Source: Promethearchaeota archaeon
Lineage (GTDB): Archaea > Asgardarchaeota > Heimdallarchaeia > Hodarchaeales > Hodarchaeaceae
DNA: 64,000 bases
Direction of reading: 5' to 3'
NCBI GenBank assembly: GCA_048938105.1
Contig: JBHLMN010000001.1
Location: forward strand, 64,001-128,000
The notes beneath the pieces were generated by a model. That model saw only the letters and a list, made by a program, of their open reading frames with translations, did no database searches and was not told the origin of the DNA. Positions within the stretch are counted from its first letter, which is position 1. Each line of letters opens with the position of its first letter. Both the position numbers and the translations under genes were made by a program. Positions 49,655-60,730 of this stretch are shown here, piece by piece.

Positions 49655-51622
49655 TTGTATGTTTCTAAAATTATATCCCTGACTCTACTATTAATAATCA
49701 TCGGAACAGGATGGTCAATGGCAATTAGATCACTAGCCATTAGTGAAAATAGCACTAGTCTCCAAGAAATCAAAATTAACAGTGAGAAATCGCCTCAAAA
49801 TTACTTTAAAATTAACCAACGAACTCCTATTAAATCAAGAATGCAGAATTATATTGAGACGTCTGATAAATCCACTCTAAAACCAAAAAAACAAGTTACT
49901 CAAACTGTGGGAGATACGAGACTTTTTTGGGTTCTAAACTTAAAGAGGTCGTGGGAACTAAATGAGTGGATATATGAAGAAATAAATGCCACTTTAATAT
50001 TAGAAGGAGCCCACTCCCAAATTTATACAGACCTTACTGTTGATTCAATCCTTAGTAACGTTATCCAAGCAATAAACACTTCATTTGAAACCATTATTTA
50101 TCCAACAATTACAGGAGTCTATGGTTTACCTCCTGATATCGATAGTAATGGGAAAATTATCATTTTACTTTTTGATATTATTGATGGTCAAGGTTCTTCT
50201 TCTTACGTTGCAGGGTTTTTTGATTCAAATCACGAAACCCAGAATTTCAAGTACAGTGAAAAAGCTGAGATCCTCCATATTGATGCTAATGAAGGCTTAC
50301 CACACCTCAAGGCTGGTGAATTTGAAACAATAGCTCATGAATTTCAGCATATGATTCACTATTACCATGATTATGAGGAGAACATTTGGTTAGATGAAGC
50401 AGCCTCTATGCTTGCTGAGTATCTTATTGGAGAAAATCCTTTTGATGGGACCGATCCCTATCAACCTGCTTTTGAATCACATCCTGATGTTTCTTTGACT
50501 TATTGGGATTATTATGGAACCCCAGGATTAGTCTTTGCCAACTATGGCGCTTCTTTTGCATTTTTCCTTTATCTTCTTGAAAAATATAATGGTACTAATA
50601 GTATCCAGAACATTGTTAGGCGTTCGGGTGATCAGGGGCATGGCATCCTCAGTATAGAACAAGCTCTCCATAGTGAGGGATATCAGGTAGAATTCAAGGA
50701 TGTCTTTCGAAATTGGACAATCGCTAACTATCTAGACGATCTAGAGATTGATAAGGCGTTTTATTATGAAAATATTGATCTCTCAATGGATCACGATCAC
50801 AGCGTTTATTATTCCTCTTCTGTCCCACGAAGTGAGAATTCTGTGCCTTATTGGGGTACAGATTACTTAAAATTTGCTGATCGTACCAATGTACCTTTTA
50901 TTTTAGAATTCCAAGGGAAATTTTCATCAGATTTTATGGTCACAGCTATTTTCTCAAACACCAGCACCATTCCTTCCAATACTGAAGTTATACCGATTGA
51001 AATCTCTGCTGATCAATTTGGTAATTTTTCAACAGAGGCTTATGGTATTTCCGCAGATGAAATCGTTTTGATAATCAGCTCTTATACGCCAATTGGACAA
51101 TTTGATCATGATGATGAATATCCAGCACCTGCACAAGATTATTGGTTTATGATAAATCCGCAGGGGCTAGTCATCAACCCAGGTGACATTTCTTTTTCTA
51201 GTAAAAAGCCAGTTCTTTTTATTCAGAATATTGAGGTTTATGACCAGAGTGGGATTTACTGGAAAGAGGCTGATGGAGCTACTTATACTATTTTAACTGA
51301 TTCTGGAGATTCTACTGGAATTAGTGGGAACTTAACCTTCAATTCAGAGGCCAATTTTTGGGAATCAAATGCGATTGACATATCACCTCTTTTAATAAGG
51401 AATAATACCTATCGTATAAAATATCATTTTTTCAACTCCACTTGTAGTGGAATTGCTTTTTCTGAGACATTTGAAATTAATCAAACTTATACGACTCAAT
51501 CGTCTAATAGCACTGCAACTGAGGACACTTCACGAACTCCAGGATTCATGTTGGTTATTTCGGTCATGACAATCGTGATTCTCATTAGTAATCGGAAGAG
51601 AAAAAGAGAGAAGATGAAGTAA
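49655..51622 (+). CDS. Secreted zinc metallopeptidase (M30/M6-like) with PGF-CTERM-like anchor
   Basis: Signal peptide; D.D.NGKI; HEFQHMIH; WLDEA; S/T-rich linker then TPGF, TM and basic tail. Confidence 0.82.
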   Translation: MYVSKIISLTLLLIIIGTGWSMAIRSLAISENSTSLQEIKINSEKSPQNYFKINQRTPIKSRMQNYIETSDKSTLKPKKQVTQTVGDTRLFWVLNLKRSWELNEWIYEEINATLILEGAHSQIYTDLTVDSILSNVIQAINTSFETIIYPTITGVYGLPPDIDSNGKIIILLFDIIDGQGSSSYVAGFFDSNHETQNFKYSEKAEILHIDANEGLPHLKAGEFETIAHEFQHMIHYYHDYEENIWLDEAASMLAEYLIGENPFDGTDPYQPAFESHPDVSLTYWDYYGTPGLVFANYGASFAFFLYLLEKYNGTNSIQNIVRRSGDQGHGILSIEQALHSEGYQVEFKDVFRNWTIANYLDDLEIDKAFYYENIDLSMDHDHSVYYSSSVPRSENSVPYWGTDYLKFADRTNVPFILEFQGKFSSDFMVTAIFSNTSTIPSNTEVIPIEISADQFGNFSTEAYGISADEIVLIISSYTPIGQFDHDDEYPAPAQDYWFMINPQGLVINPGDISFSSKKPVLFIQNIEVYDQSGIYWKEADGATYTILTDSGDSTGISGNLTFNSEANFWESNAIDISPLLIRNNTYRIKYHFFNSTCSGIAFSETFEINQTYTTQSSNSTATEDTSRTPGFMLVISVMTIVILISNRKRKREKMK

Positions 51623-51667
51623 AAATACATCCTCATCTTTTTTTTACTTGATTCGGTACATTCATAC

Positions 51668-53374
51668 TTATTTCTTAAAAACAAGAATACTCTGATGAAC
51701 AACGCTGGGGATATAAGAAAATGGATATCCAAACACATGTAACGCCTTATCTGGTGCATACCAAATAACTTCGGTTTCAAAAGAGTAACCTATATCTAAC
51801 AGGACTTTAGTAAGCATAGAAGACAGAAAGAGATATTTTCCCACCCTCCTAGCTACTCCGTTACTGACTTCTTTGATAGTTCGATACATATTGCCAATGA
51901 AGACCACCAAATATTTTCCAGCAATAACCTTCGGATAACATTGACTAAAAACTGTTTTTAGTAACTCAATCCATTCTTCAATTGTTAAAATGGAAGCTTG
52001 GTTGAAGCTATGCAGAGGGGAGGGTAATCTGTCTCGTGATTCTTCACCAGCCTTAGAAAAACGACCTCGAGTTTTTTGAAGTTTATCCATTGCCCAATAG
52101 GGGACATCCGTTAAAATTAGGGCAATGCTATTGTCTTCTATTGCAGTTTTAACAACCTGTCGGGAATCTCCAATGAGGAATTCTTGTGGTATTAAACCAT
52201 TATCTTGTGAAACTGTTAAATAGATGGTTTTCCAACGTTCATTGATATCGATTCCAACAGCTTTTCTCCCAGATAAACTAGCTCCCATCAGAGTTCCTCC
52301 AACTCCAGCAAATGGATCTAATATTACACCTTCTCGGCTTTTTGAATATTTTTCAATTAATATTTGAGTAAGCTCCGGAGGTTTCATACCTCCGTGTTCA
52401 CTTCGTAATTTGTGATTAAATGAGGGTGGAAACGACTTATGTATGATGTATGTGTCTCCTACTGGAATATCATGCTTAAAAAAAAGAGGATTATGATTAA
52501 TACCGTTGTAAGAAGATTCTTTTCGGAAAACCAAAAATCGACGAAGCAATTTCTTATAGGTTATCTCGCTGGATGAATCAGGTGCAAACCAGATTCTTTC
52601 TGCTTTAAGAACCAATCCCATTTCTTGTAGATTATATGCTAAAATTGCTGAAAAAGAAAAATTTACAGGTGGAAAGCCCTGTTTTTTAGATTTTCCTTTA
52701 TTAAATCCATTGGGAATTGAGACGACAATATATTTGGATTCTTTCAATTTTCTCGTCGTTTCAGAAAGAACATGGCATACTGAAGAACACCAATGCCTTA
52801 TAGATTCTTTAGGTGACCCCTTATAATCATTGAGCCTTATACCAATCTTTTCAGTATCTTTTGGCCCCGATATATCCCAGATTGGGATATCAGTGAGTAT
52901 AAAATCAATAGACTCATTTTTTACTTTTGATAGAACTAGAACTGGATCACCAGATAACATTTCTTGTTCTGAGATGTTTAATTTCTTTATCAATTGATAA
53001 TATCTTTGGATAAGGGATTGATTATTTTCAATACCAATACATTTTCGTCTAGGGGTGGTTCGGCTTTCGTTTGCAAAAAAGCTTCCAATTAATGTACTAC
53101 CTATTCCTGCAAAGGGATCTAAGATGGTATTCCCAGGTTTTGAAAAGGTTTCTATGAGCTCTTTGCTTAAATCGCTAGGAATGGGGTTATAATTCCTACT
53201 CCTTATATTAGATGGCCAAATCAGAGGATATTTCTTCGGAATAATTGTTTTTGTAGAGAAAAGCCATTCTTTTCCTGTTAAATCATTTAGAACATTACGC
53301 TTATCATAAATTCCCCGTTCTTGACGATTTTCTTGATAATCTTTCAAAGAAAGTGATGGCAAAGCTGTTTTCAT
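51668..53374 (-). CDS. Tandem double-domain N4/N6 DNA methyltransferase-like protein
   Basis: Two ILDPFAG.G.T SAM-binding motifs, followed by TDIPIW and TDVPYW respectively. Confidence 0.8.
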   Translation of the reverse strand: MKTALPSLSLKDYQENRQERGIYDKRNVLNDLTGKEWLFSTKTIIPKKYPLIWPSNIRSRNYNPIPSDLSKELIETFSKPGNTILDPFAGIGSTLIGSFFANESRTTPRRKCIGIENNQSLIQRYYQLIKKLNISEQEMLSGDPVLVLSKVKNESIDFILTDIPIWDISGPKDTEKIGIRLNDYKGSPKESIRHWCSSVCHVLSETTRKLKESKYIVVSIPNGFNKGKSKKQGFPPVNFSFSAILAYNLQEMGLVLKAERIWFAPDSSSEITYKKLLRRFLVFRKESSYNGINHNPLFFKHDIPVGDTYIIHKSFPPSFNHKLRSEHGGMKPPELTQILIEKYSKSREGVILDPFAGVGGTLMGASLSGRKAVGIDINERWKTIYLTVSQDNGLIPQEFLIGDSRQVVKTAIEDNSIALILTDVPYWAMDKLQKTRGRFSKAGEESRDRLPSPLHSFNQASILTIEEWIELLKTVFSQCYPKVIAGKYLVVFIGNMYRTIKEVSNGVARRVGKYLFLSSMLTKVLLDIGYSFETEVIWYAPDKALHVFGYPFSYIPSVVHQSILVFKK

Positions 53375-53405
53375 CCATAATTAGAATTTATCTGTATTAT
53401 CTTCT

Positions 53406-53714
53406 TTAAATTCTTGATAGAACTGAAGAAAGAAGCCATAAAACAATTGGACCACCAAATAGCAGTAGTAAGCCTAAGTAAGCAATCATACGAACCCGCA
53501 TAACACGATTATAACATGGTTTACAATATATTTTCTGAATGAAATCCCTTTTTTGGCCAAGGAATTGTTGAAAGAAGTTCACAGACCAATCTTCAATATA
53601 ACAATCGGAACAAAAATATTCGTTACATCGTTCGCATTCTTTGGTTTCAAAGTTATTCGGATGATTTACACACATATGGCCCTTTCTAAGCTGTTTCTCT
53701 TTCTTCTTCGTCAT
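53406..53714 (-). CDS. B-box-like Zn-finger protein with C-terminal TM helix
   Basis: CVNHP..CERC..FCSDC..YCKPC followed by a hydrophobic tail. Confidence 0.75.
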   Translation of the reverse strand: MTKKKEKQLRKGHMCVNHPNNFETKECERCNEYFCSDCYIEDWSVNFFQQFLGQKRDFIQKIYCKPCYNRVMRVRMIAYLGLLLLFGGPIVLWLLSSVLSRI

Positions 53715-53722
53715 ATATTATA

Positions 53723-55429
53723 TCACGCTTTGTCTACACGCTTCTGACGTTGTAATTGATCTTGATAAAGCTGTCTTACTGTTTCAATGGTATCTGCATC
53801 TTCAATATTTTTATCATTTCGAATTCTCTTTATTCTAGCAAAACGTAACGCCATACCCGAGGTATATTTCGAAGATTCTTGAATATTGTCAAATTCAACT
53901 TCTACAACTATTTTAGGCTGAACACTTATTCCATATGATTCTTTTGACATTTCTAACTCTTGTAATTGTTCAGTTAATTGTACAAATTCCTCATCTTTTA
54001 ATCCTTTGAACGTTTTACCAATCACATAAAATTCATTATCATCGTGTGCAGCTAGATGATAATTTGATAACCATCCTGTTCGTCTTCCATGTCCCCATTC
54101 CGCTCCTACAATAACTAGATCAAGAGTAGGTAAAGTAACCTTAAGTTTTAACCAGCTTTTGCCACGTTTCCCAGCTTGATATGTGGAAATTGGATCTTTA
54201 AGCATTAAGCCCTCTGAACCATTCTGAATGGCCTCTTGAAGTTGGTTCTGAATATCTACCTTATTTCCAAGGGTTTTATGTCCCATTTTAATAATATTCT
54301 TTCGATCTGGAATTGAAGAATATAATATTTCCTTTCTTTTCATCAATTGAGTATTTAAAAGAGATTTTCCTTTGTATAAAAGGATATCAAAGACATAATA
54401 ATAACATGGAATAGATTTGACAGAGACATCGATATCTCGCTTCCTTTGTATACGTGTCGAAAGATCTTGAAAAAACACTGGTTTTCCATCAACGAGCGCA
54501 ACCACTTCACCATCAAGGATACTAGAGGTTAATTGTTTTCTAAACTCACTTGAAACCGAGGTTATAATTTCAGGAAACGCATGTGTGACATCTTCAAGGT
54601 TTCTCGAGTACAGTTTACACTTATTCTTCCCTATATGTAGTTGCGCACGAAATCCATCGACCTTTGGTTCACAAACTAACTGTTTATAATTATTCAACGC
54701 GTCATCAATCGATTCAGCCTTTGAAGCTAACATAGAGCGTAATGGATGAAAAACCCGTGGCTCTAGTGATAATAAATCAACTGAATGATCTTTAGCTATT
54801 TGAGAAACATCTCCAATGTCACTAAGAACCATATATGCATATCTAACATCTTCATTGCTACGATTGAAAGCTAATGCGATTGCATCTAATAACAAACCTC
54901 CCCGAAAACCAGTTCTCGTGTCAGAAGTAATGATTCGAGCAATATATTTTGCTTCTAAGGGGGAGGCATTTCTTAATAATTGTAGTAATTGGTTTTGCTT
55001 TGCTTTTTGTGATCCTTTCCCTTTAAATGAAGCTATTTCCACGAGATGCTCATTTACATCTTCAATTGAAAGTTCCTTGGTTTCTCTTTGGCCAAAATAG
55101 CTGTCAAGAGATTTAGGTTGGGATGTTCGTTTCATTAAAGCATATTCTATTAAACTCCCAAAATCTGCTTTTGTACCATAAAAACCTCTCAGATCATCAG
55201 GAGTTCTACTAGTGAGTTGATGAACAACATTCATAAAAGAACTCCAACCAAATTGAATCTTATTTTCTGAAGTTTTTGAAAATGGTTGACCTGTGGCATA
55301 ATAACACACAAGAGGTAGTTCAGGTTCCGGTAATTTTTTTAAAAACGATGCAAATATTGTAACTTTTTCATTCTTTTTGCTAGTTGAGTCGACTTCCTCC
55401 ATCACATCACAAAAATCTTTGAATTTCAG
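53723..55429 (-). CDS. lig: ATP-dependent DNA ligase
   Basis: EPKVDGFR, ILDGE, FDILL, EGLMLK, WLKLK, LRFARI. N-terminus extended in frame to (L)KFKDFCDV. Confidence 0.93.
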   Translation of the reverse strand: MKFKDFCDVMEEVDSTSKKNEKVTIFASFLKKLPEPELPLVCYYATGQPFSKTSENKIQFGWSSFMNVVHQLTSRTPDDLRGFYGTKADFGSLIEYALMKRTSQPKSLDSYFGQRETKELSIEDVNEHLVEIASFKGKGSQKAKQNQLLQLLRNASPLEAKYIARIITSDTRTGFRGGLLLDAIALAFNRSNEDVRYAYMVLSDIGDVSQIAKDHSVDLLSLEPRVFHPLRSMLASKAESIDDALNNYKQLVCEPKVDGFRAQLHIGKNKCKLYSRNLEDVTHAFPEIITSVSSEFRKQLTSSILDGEVVALVDGKPVFFQDLSTRIQRKRDIDVSVKSIPCYYYVFDILLYKGKSLLNTQLMKRKEILYSSIPDRKNIIKMGHKTLGNKVDIQNQLQEAIQNGSEGLMLKDPISTYQAGKRGKSWLKLKVTLPTLDLVIVGAEWGHGRRTGWLSNYHLAAHDDNEFYVIGKTFKGLKDEEFVQLTEQLQELEMSKESYGISVQPKIVVEVEFDNIQESSKYTSGMALRFARIKRIRNDKNIEDADTIETVRQLYQDQLQRQKRVDKA

Positions 55430-55560
55430 TATTATCGTCCTCTAAGACTTCTAATTGGTTGTTGTTATGATATCAGAGAGAATTACCTTGAAAATAAATT
55501 TTATCTTTATAAATTAGGTTAAGAGGGAATTAGCTAGAGGAAAGAATAAAGGCGAATTAA

Positions 55561-56763
55561 ATGAAATTCCGCGAAGCAACAAGCGAGGAGCAGGTTGTAA
55601 TTAGAAAAATAGCTCGATATGCTTTTAGTGGTCACAGAAATAAGTATGAAGATCCCAATAACCCCGAACCATTTGATTTCCCATATTCAGCGAAAGATTA
55701 TATAGTTGAAGATTTTAATACCATCATTGCTGTTGTAGGAGTAATAGATTTTTCCCAACATCTTCGAGGAAGTTGGATAAAGATGGCAGGGATGACAAGA
55801 GTAGTCTGTCGACCCGAATATCGCCGTCAAGGCTATATTACAAAATTATTCCAATTCGTCTTCAAAAAGATCTATGATCAGAATTTTCTAGTTTCAGCAC
55901 TATATCCCTTTACATTTAGTTTTTATGAGAAATTAGGGTATGGACAAGCGGATTCACTCCATGTTCTTACCATTAAAAGTTCTGATATTATCCAAAAACC
56001 AGTGTCAAATCGTGTTGTTGTTGAAGACTTCGATCCAAACTATAAGCGATGTCAACCTCTCTACAAACGTCTGAGTCAGCAAATAGATGGATTAGTTAAG
56101 AGACCTGCTAGCGTATGGAAAAATCTTGATAGTTGGGATTGGAAAAAACACGGATTTCAATTTATTTGTCAAGACTCTCAAGGGAGAGATTCGGGTTATC
56201 TATTGTTACGATTTGAGCAAAGAAACCAAGATAATCCTTTTCCTTTCCTCGGAGTAAGAGAAGTAGTGTATTTTGATTCAGAAACTAAACAAGCATTCTT
56301 AAATTTCCTAGCAAATCACGATTCGCAGAGAGAATATATTAAATTGGTTCCTTTTGAGTCCAATTTTTTACCCTATCTTAAAAGTCCTCGAATGAAAGAA
56401 AATTTACTAATAGCAAATTCAATGTTTCGAATTATCAATGTTGAACAGCTTTTACCTCGTTTAAAATATCAAGAGGATGTTAATGAACAAATTACCATTG
56501 ATCTTGAGGATCCATCAAATCAATGTCCTTGGAATAATGGGGCTTTTACACTGGAAGTTGCAGACGGAAAGGGAAACATAATAACGAAGCCCAGCCCAAA
56601 TAATTTACGAATGGGTATTAAATCTTTTAGTCAAGTTCTTATTGGATTTCACAGTCCAGAGGAGCTCGCTGAAGCAGGTCAGATACAGGGTTCTACTCAA
56701 TCCATAAACATTTTGGGTAGAATATTCCCTAAACAAACAACCGCTTTACGTGATTTTTTCTAA
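55561..56763 (+). CDS. Eis-like GNAT acetyltransferase
   Basis: RPEYRRQGY, LYPF..FYEKLGY, PWNNG, SCP2-like tail. Confidence 0.88.
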   Translation: MKFREATSEEQVVIRKIARYAFSGHRNKYEDPNNPEPFDFPYSAKDYIVEDFNTIIAVVGVIDFSQHLRGSWIKMAGMTRVVCRPEYRRQGYITKLFQFVFKKIYDQNFLVSALYPFTFSFYEKLGYGQADSLHVLTIKSSDIIQKPVSNRVVVEDFDPNYKRCQPLYKRLSQQIDGLVKRPASVWKNLDSWDWKKHGFQFICQDSQGRDSGYLLLRFEQRNQDNPFPFLGVREVVYFDSETKQAFLNFLANHDSQREYIKLVPFESNFLPYLKSPRMKENLLIANSMFRIINVEQLLPRLKYQEDVNEQITIDLEDPSNQCPWNNGAFTLEVADGKGNIITKPSPNNLRMGIKSFSQVLIGFHSPEELAEAGQIQGSTQSINILGRIFPKQTTALRDFF

Positions 56764-56767
56764 AGGA

Positions 56768-58057
56768 TTATTTTCCTTTAAAAGCAATTTCAAATTGTTT
56801 AGCAAACCTCCCCATGACAATTTTAGTTTTAGCTAATCTTCCAATCTCTGATTGAACTTCCGGATCTAAACGTGCTGGTGAACTATTTTCCCAGGGGGTA
56901 CCTGGGAGGGGCATAAAGTAATGGAGTCTCACACGAGCTTTTCTTCCAAGGTCATGAATTAAAGCTAATGTTTGCCACTGTTCATCGGTTGTTTCAGAGG
57001 GTACTCCAAGTAAAAAGTCAAATACAGGTGTAAAGCCTTGGGCGATCAATAAATCAGATGCATGTAGCCCATCTTCGACAGAATGTCCTCTACGCATTTC
57101 ACGAAGGATTCGATCGGATCCACTTTGAAATCCAACTGCCACTTGACGATTAGTCACCTCATCAAATAACAATACAGTTTCATCTGTTATGTACTCTGGT
57201 CTAATCTCTGAGGGGAATGTTCCAAAAAATATTCGGATATTATATTGTGAAAGTCGTTTTAAGAGCTTAGTTAAGGCTTCACAATTCGGCTGGCCGCGTT
57301 TCTTCTCCATGTACCCAAGTGAGTTGGGTGCAATAAAGCGAATATCAATATTTTTTTTCAATGGTTTAAAATGTTGAATATAATGTTCTACAATCTTGGT
57401 AATAGTCTCAATCGAACGAAATCGAGGATTACCATAAACATAAGGTACTTGACAAAACCGACAGCGAAATGAACATCCCCGCATTAACTCAATGGGAGGA
57501 TGTAACGGGAAATTTTTGTTATCAGAGTATGGACAATGATCATTTAGATTTATCCGATCTCGTGAGGGAGTGTGAATTAACTCTCCTGCTTTGTTCAAAA
57601 ATACGATTCCAGGTAAAGAATTTATACTATTCTGTTGAAATCTATTGTTCGCTAATGTAAGTACGAATTCAGGAAAAGTTACTTCCCCTTCGCCTTTAAT
57701 CACATAATTCACTCCCATCTCTAAGATTGTTTGAGGATCTCCAGAGGCATGGAATCCACCAATTACTGTGATTAACTTTGATGACAATATCTGTTTGTTG
57801 ATATCTGTTAATCGATCCTTGAGCGAACTAAGGGTTGTGATTCGTGCGGATTCTCCGTAAATAACATGAAGGCCACGACCTAATTGTGTCTGGATCTGAG
57901 AAATGGGATCTCCCTTAATAATCTCATAAGGAAGCCTGTGTTGTCGTAGACTAGAAGCCAAAGGCCCGAGTGCATACCACGTGGTTTTATCCCAATATAA
58001 GAGAATTATATATTCACTGGGAGGTTGTTGCATGAAGACAGAATCCCTCAATAACAA
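56768..58057 (-). CDS. B12-binding radical SAM protein (TIGR04013-like)
   Basis: GGFHAS, GEGE, RGCSFRCRFCQ, GTFPSEIRPE, HYFMPLPGTP. Confidence 0.88.
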   Translation of the reverse strand: MLLRDSVFMQQPPSEYIILLYWDKTTWYALGPLASSLRQHRLPYEIIKGDPISQIQTQLGRGLHVIYGESARITTLSSLKDRLTDINKQILSSKLITVIGGFHASGDPQTILEMGVNYVIKGEGEVTFPEFVLTLANNRFQQNSINSLPGIVFLNKAGELIHTPSRDRINLNDHCPYSDNKNFPLHPPIELMRGCSFRCRFCQVPYVYGNPRFRSIETITKIVEHYIQHFKPLKKNIDIRFIAPNSLGYMEKKRGQPNCEALTKLLKRLSQYNIRIFFGTFPSEIRPEYITDETVLLFDEVTNRQVAVGFQSGSDRILREMRRGHSVEDGLHASDLLIAQGFTPVFDFLLGVPSETTDEQWQTLALIHDLGRKARVRLHYFMPLPGTPWENSSPARLDPEVQSEIGRLAKTKIVMGRFAKQFEIAFKGK

Positions 58058-58266
58058 GAATTCATATATCTGTGCATCAAGACTTCATTTATAAGTAATA
58101 TTAAGCGCATAAAAGAAAAATACAATCCTTGCATAATAGTAACAAGTCCAAAAAAAAGCACAATTAATTTTAAAAAAAATAATAATTCGGTCTTCATGTA
58201 AGTTTTTGCGAAAAAAACTATATTAACCAAATTATTTTGGTTTTTAACCAAAATGAGTGATTCATT

Positions 58267-58305
58267 CCCTTGGTAGCTCAGCCTGGCAAGAGCCCCCGGC
58301 TGTAG
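58267..58305 (+). tRNA. Orphan 5' half (positions 1-37) of tRNA-Tyr(GTA)
   Basis: 38/39 identical to the 5' exon of the tRNA at 60888-60850. Identity ends at the canonical intron junction, and no 3' half was found downstream. Confidence 0.8.
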
Positions 58306-58366
58306 GCGCAGACGCCACACCCTGGATGATGCGATGAAAGGGTCGATAATTGGTATCTTTTAACAA

Positions 58367-60259
58367 TTAAATTCGGTTTATACTCCTAATGGTATTGAAT
58401 ACTGGTTTAATTCCTAAATGTTTGAGAATCCTATTGTAATAATGTTTGTAAATGGTCTTATTCCATTTTTTTTGAAATTCAGAATAATTATTAATTTTCT
58501 TTAAAGCAACCAACTCTATTAAGCCTCTTATCAGAGGTTTAATATCATTTACATAACATGTTATAGCCTCATTTAATTGAGGTTCACTAATGACATACTT
58601 TAATGATTTTGTGAAAGTAAACGCTGCAAATCGATCATAAGCGCTATTTATCTGATTAAAAATTAATTTTAAGGCTGATCTTTCAGATTTTTTAAGGTTT
58701 ATCTGATTAGAAGTTATTGATTTATAGATTTGCTTAACAATTTTGCGACATCTAGCGTTCCTATATAAAATCGGATCTAATAAAATATTTCTATTGTCTC
58801 TCCTCTCATAGAAAATTTTATTTAATTTATTTGAAATTTTATGATTATTCCGATAATCTAATTCATGAAAAATCAACCACTTGTATTTTGCTACTTGTGC
58901 TTTAATATCTGATTCAATAATCACCATTGCTGTATTAATTCCAGAATCTGCCTTATATTTCTTTAATTCCATTAGTTGAAAGAAGATACCTGTAGCATGA
59001 GGTTTTGCTATTGTTCTTGATCGTCCTTTTAGTTGTATAATGGCATAAATCTCTCTATTAATTCCCATTATGCCGTTAGTGACTAAAATGTCAGGAGCAA
59101 AAGTATCAGACCTTAAAAATCCTCTCCAGTCTTTTAATCCCCAACCCAATTCGAACTCACACGTCTTATATTGGTCTTCAGTCAAAATTCCATATTTAAT
59201 TAATGGTGATGATTCAAGATTTGATTCTCTAAGTTTTGTTATTCGATTTATGAAAAGTCTTGAAGCACCTTTATTCTCATTATCAACTTCTGTTTGTTTC
59301 AATCCTTTAAGAGCAAGATAAGCATCTGACTCTGAAACTACATCTTCAACTTTATTGTGGCTAACGATCTTACTTTTTTTCTGTGCAATAGCAAGGTTAT
59401 TCACAATTTCATTCATTGTAGAATTTAAAATGCCTTTTTTACCTGCTTCTATTGCTTTAATAACACATAAATCTGCATCTAAAGCTATATCAACAAAATG
59501 TAGCTCATTTTGAGCTTTGAAAGCTTTAATTCTCTTTGAATAGCCTCGTAGTGGTTTAACTTGATGAAAAAAGAAATCTCTTACTGTTTTATTAGATATT
59601 TGTCTCGTTTGACTAACCCATTCTGCAGATTTGTTTTCTACCCAAGTTGAAGGCTTCTTTACTTTATTTTTATTTAGAGCGTAACCTATCCAAGCAATTT
59701 TTTCATTAACTATATAATTCACTCTGTTTTTATAATCCTCATACAAATCAAGATCAATTTCAAAAATACGAAAGTTATGAGGGGACTTTTTGTTAATTCG
59801 TATGAAATCAAGAAAGCCCCATGTCTGCAATTTTCTGCTTCTTACAGTTTTTCCTGCCTGATTAACTGTACCATATTCAAATCCAATTTTGGTCCCTCGT
59901 TTGATAAAAATATCTTGATTCTTACCAGAAATTGTGAGAAAAAGTTTGTGTCCCATTATAGCATAGTTTACTGATATTTTCTCAATATCAACGTTTATTA
60001 CACCATTTGAACCGTCTATAAAATTTTCCCTTTCATCAATAGGAGAAGGATCCATTTTAGAAATAACATACGACTCAAACTGTTCAAACCATTTATATTG
60101 AGAATATAGAGTCTGTGATTTCAACTGCCACCCGCGATAAAAAATGCTTGCACAATATTTCTGATTTGAAGAGGTTATATTGCTATAATCCCTTTCAGAA
60201 GGGTGTAAAGACTTAAAATTAGCCTTTTTTTTTGCAAAAAATATTTGCTTTTTAGCCAT
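58367..60259 (-). CDS. AT-rich, Lys-rich hypothetical protein with possible PD-(D/E)xK nuclease motif
   Basis: CEFEL...FAPDILV...AIIQLKG; DNA visibly more AT-rich than neighbouring genes. Confidence 0.6.
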   Translation of the reverse strand: MAKKQIFFAKKKANFKSLHPSERDYSNITSSNQKYCASIFYRGWQLKSQTLYSQYKWFEQFESYVISKMDPSPIDERENFIDGSNGVINVDIEKISVNYAIMGHKLFLTISGKNQDIFIKRGTKIGFEYGTVNQAGKTVRSRKLQTWGFLDFIRINKKSPHNFRIFEIDLDLYEDYKNRVNYIVNEKIAWIGYALNKNKVKKPSTWVENKSAEWVSQTRQISNKTVRDFFFHQVKPLRGYSKRIKAFKAQNELHFVDIALDADLCVIKAIEAGKKGILNSTMNEIVNNLAIAQKKSKIVSHNKVEDVVSESDAYLALKGLKQTEVDNENKGASRLFINRITKLRESNLESSPLIKYGILTEDQYKTCEFELGWGLKDWRGFLRSDTFAPDILVTNGIMGINREIYAIIQLKGRSRTIAKPHATGIFFQLMELKKYKADSGINTAMVIIESDIKAQVAKYKWLIFHELDYRNNHKISNKLNKIFYERRDNRNILLDPILYRNARCRKIVKQIYKSITSNQINLKKSERSALKLIFNQINSAYDRFAAFTFTKSLKYVISEPQLNEAITCYVNDIKPLIRGLIELVALKKINNYSEFQKKWNKTIYKHYYNRILKHLGIKPVFNTIRSINRI

Positions 60260-60730
60260 TGAATTAATTCCTTTGAATGCTCTGAACCGATCAAATAAGA
60301 TATTAAAAGACTTTTTGGATAGATCTCTTATCTAAATTCGAAAACTTCATGAGAGAAAGTAGGAAACACTTACATAGAGCATTATTTCAACTAAACCTGA
60401 GATTTTAAATTTTAAAAGATTTAATCTCCCTCTTATCAATATTAAATTCGCCACAATTTCAGTTATTCCACGAAAAATTATGTAAAAATGTTGTCTCCCT
60501 ATCCATTCGACGTGAGACTTCTCCAAAACGACTTTTTACATCTTTTTTAGATTCCTAAGTCTTTAAAAAATATCGAATTGTTACTTTTTTCTTTTCTATA
60601 AGGTTTCCCTTCCCTTCATTTTTGATCATTTCAGCACTCTTAAAAGATAATAAAAAATTGTAATTCATCCAAATTTCGCTATATAATCTCAATGTTCTTA
60701 TTAAAAGAATCTTTACATAGGGAAGAAAAG

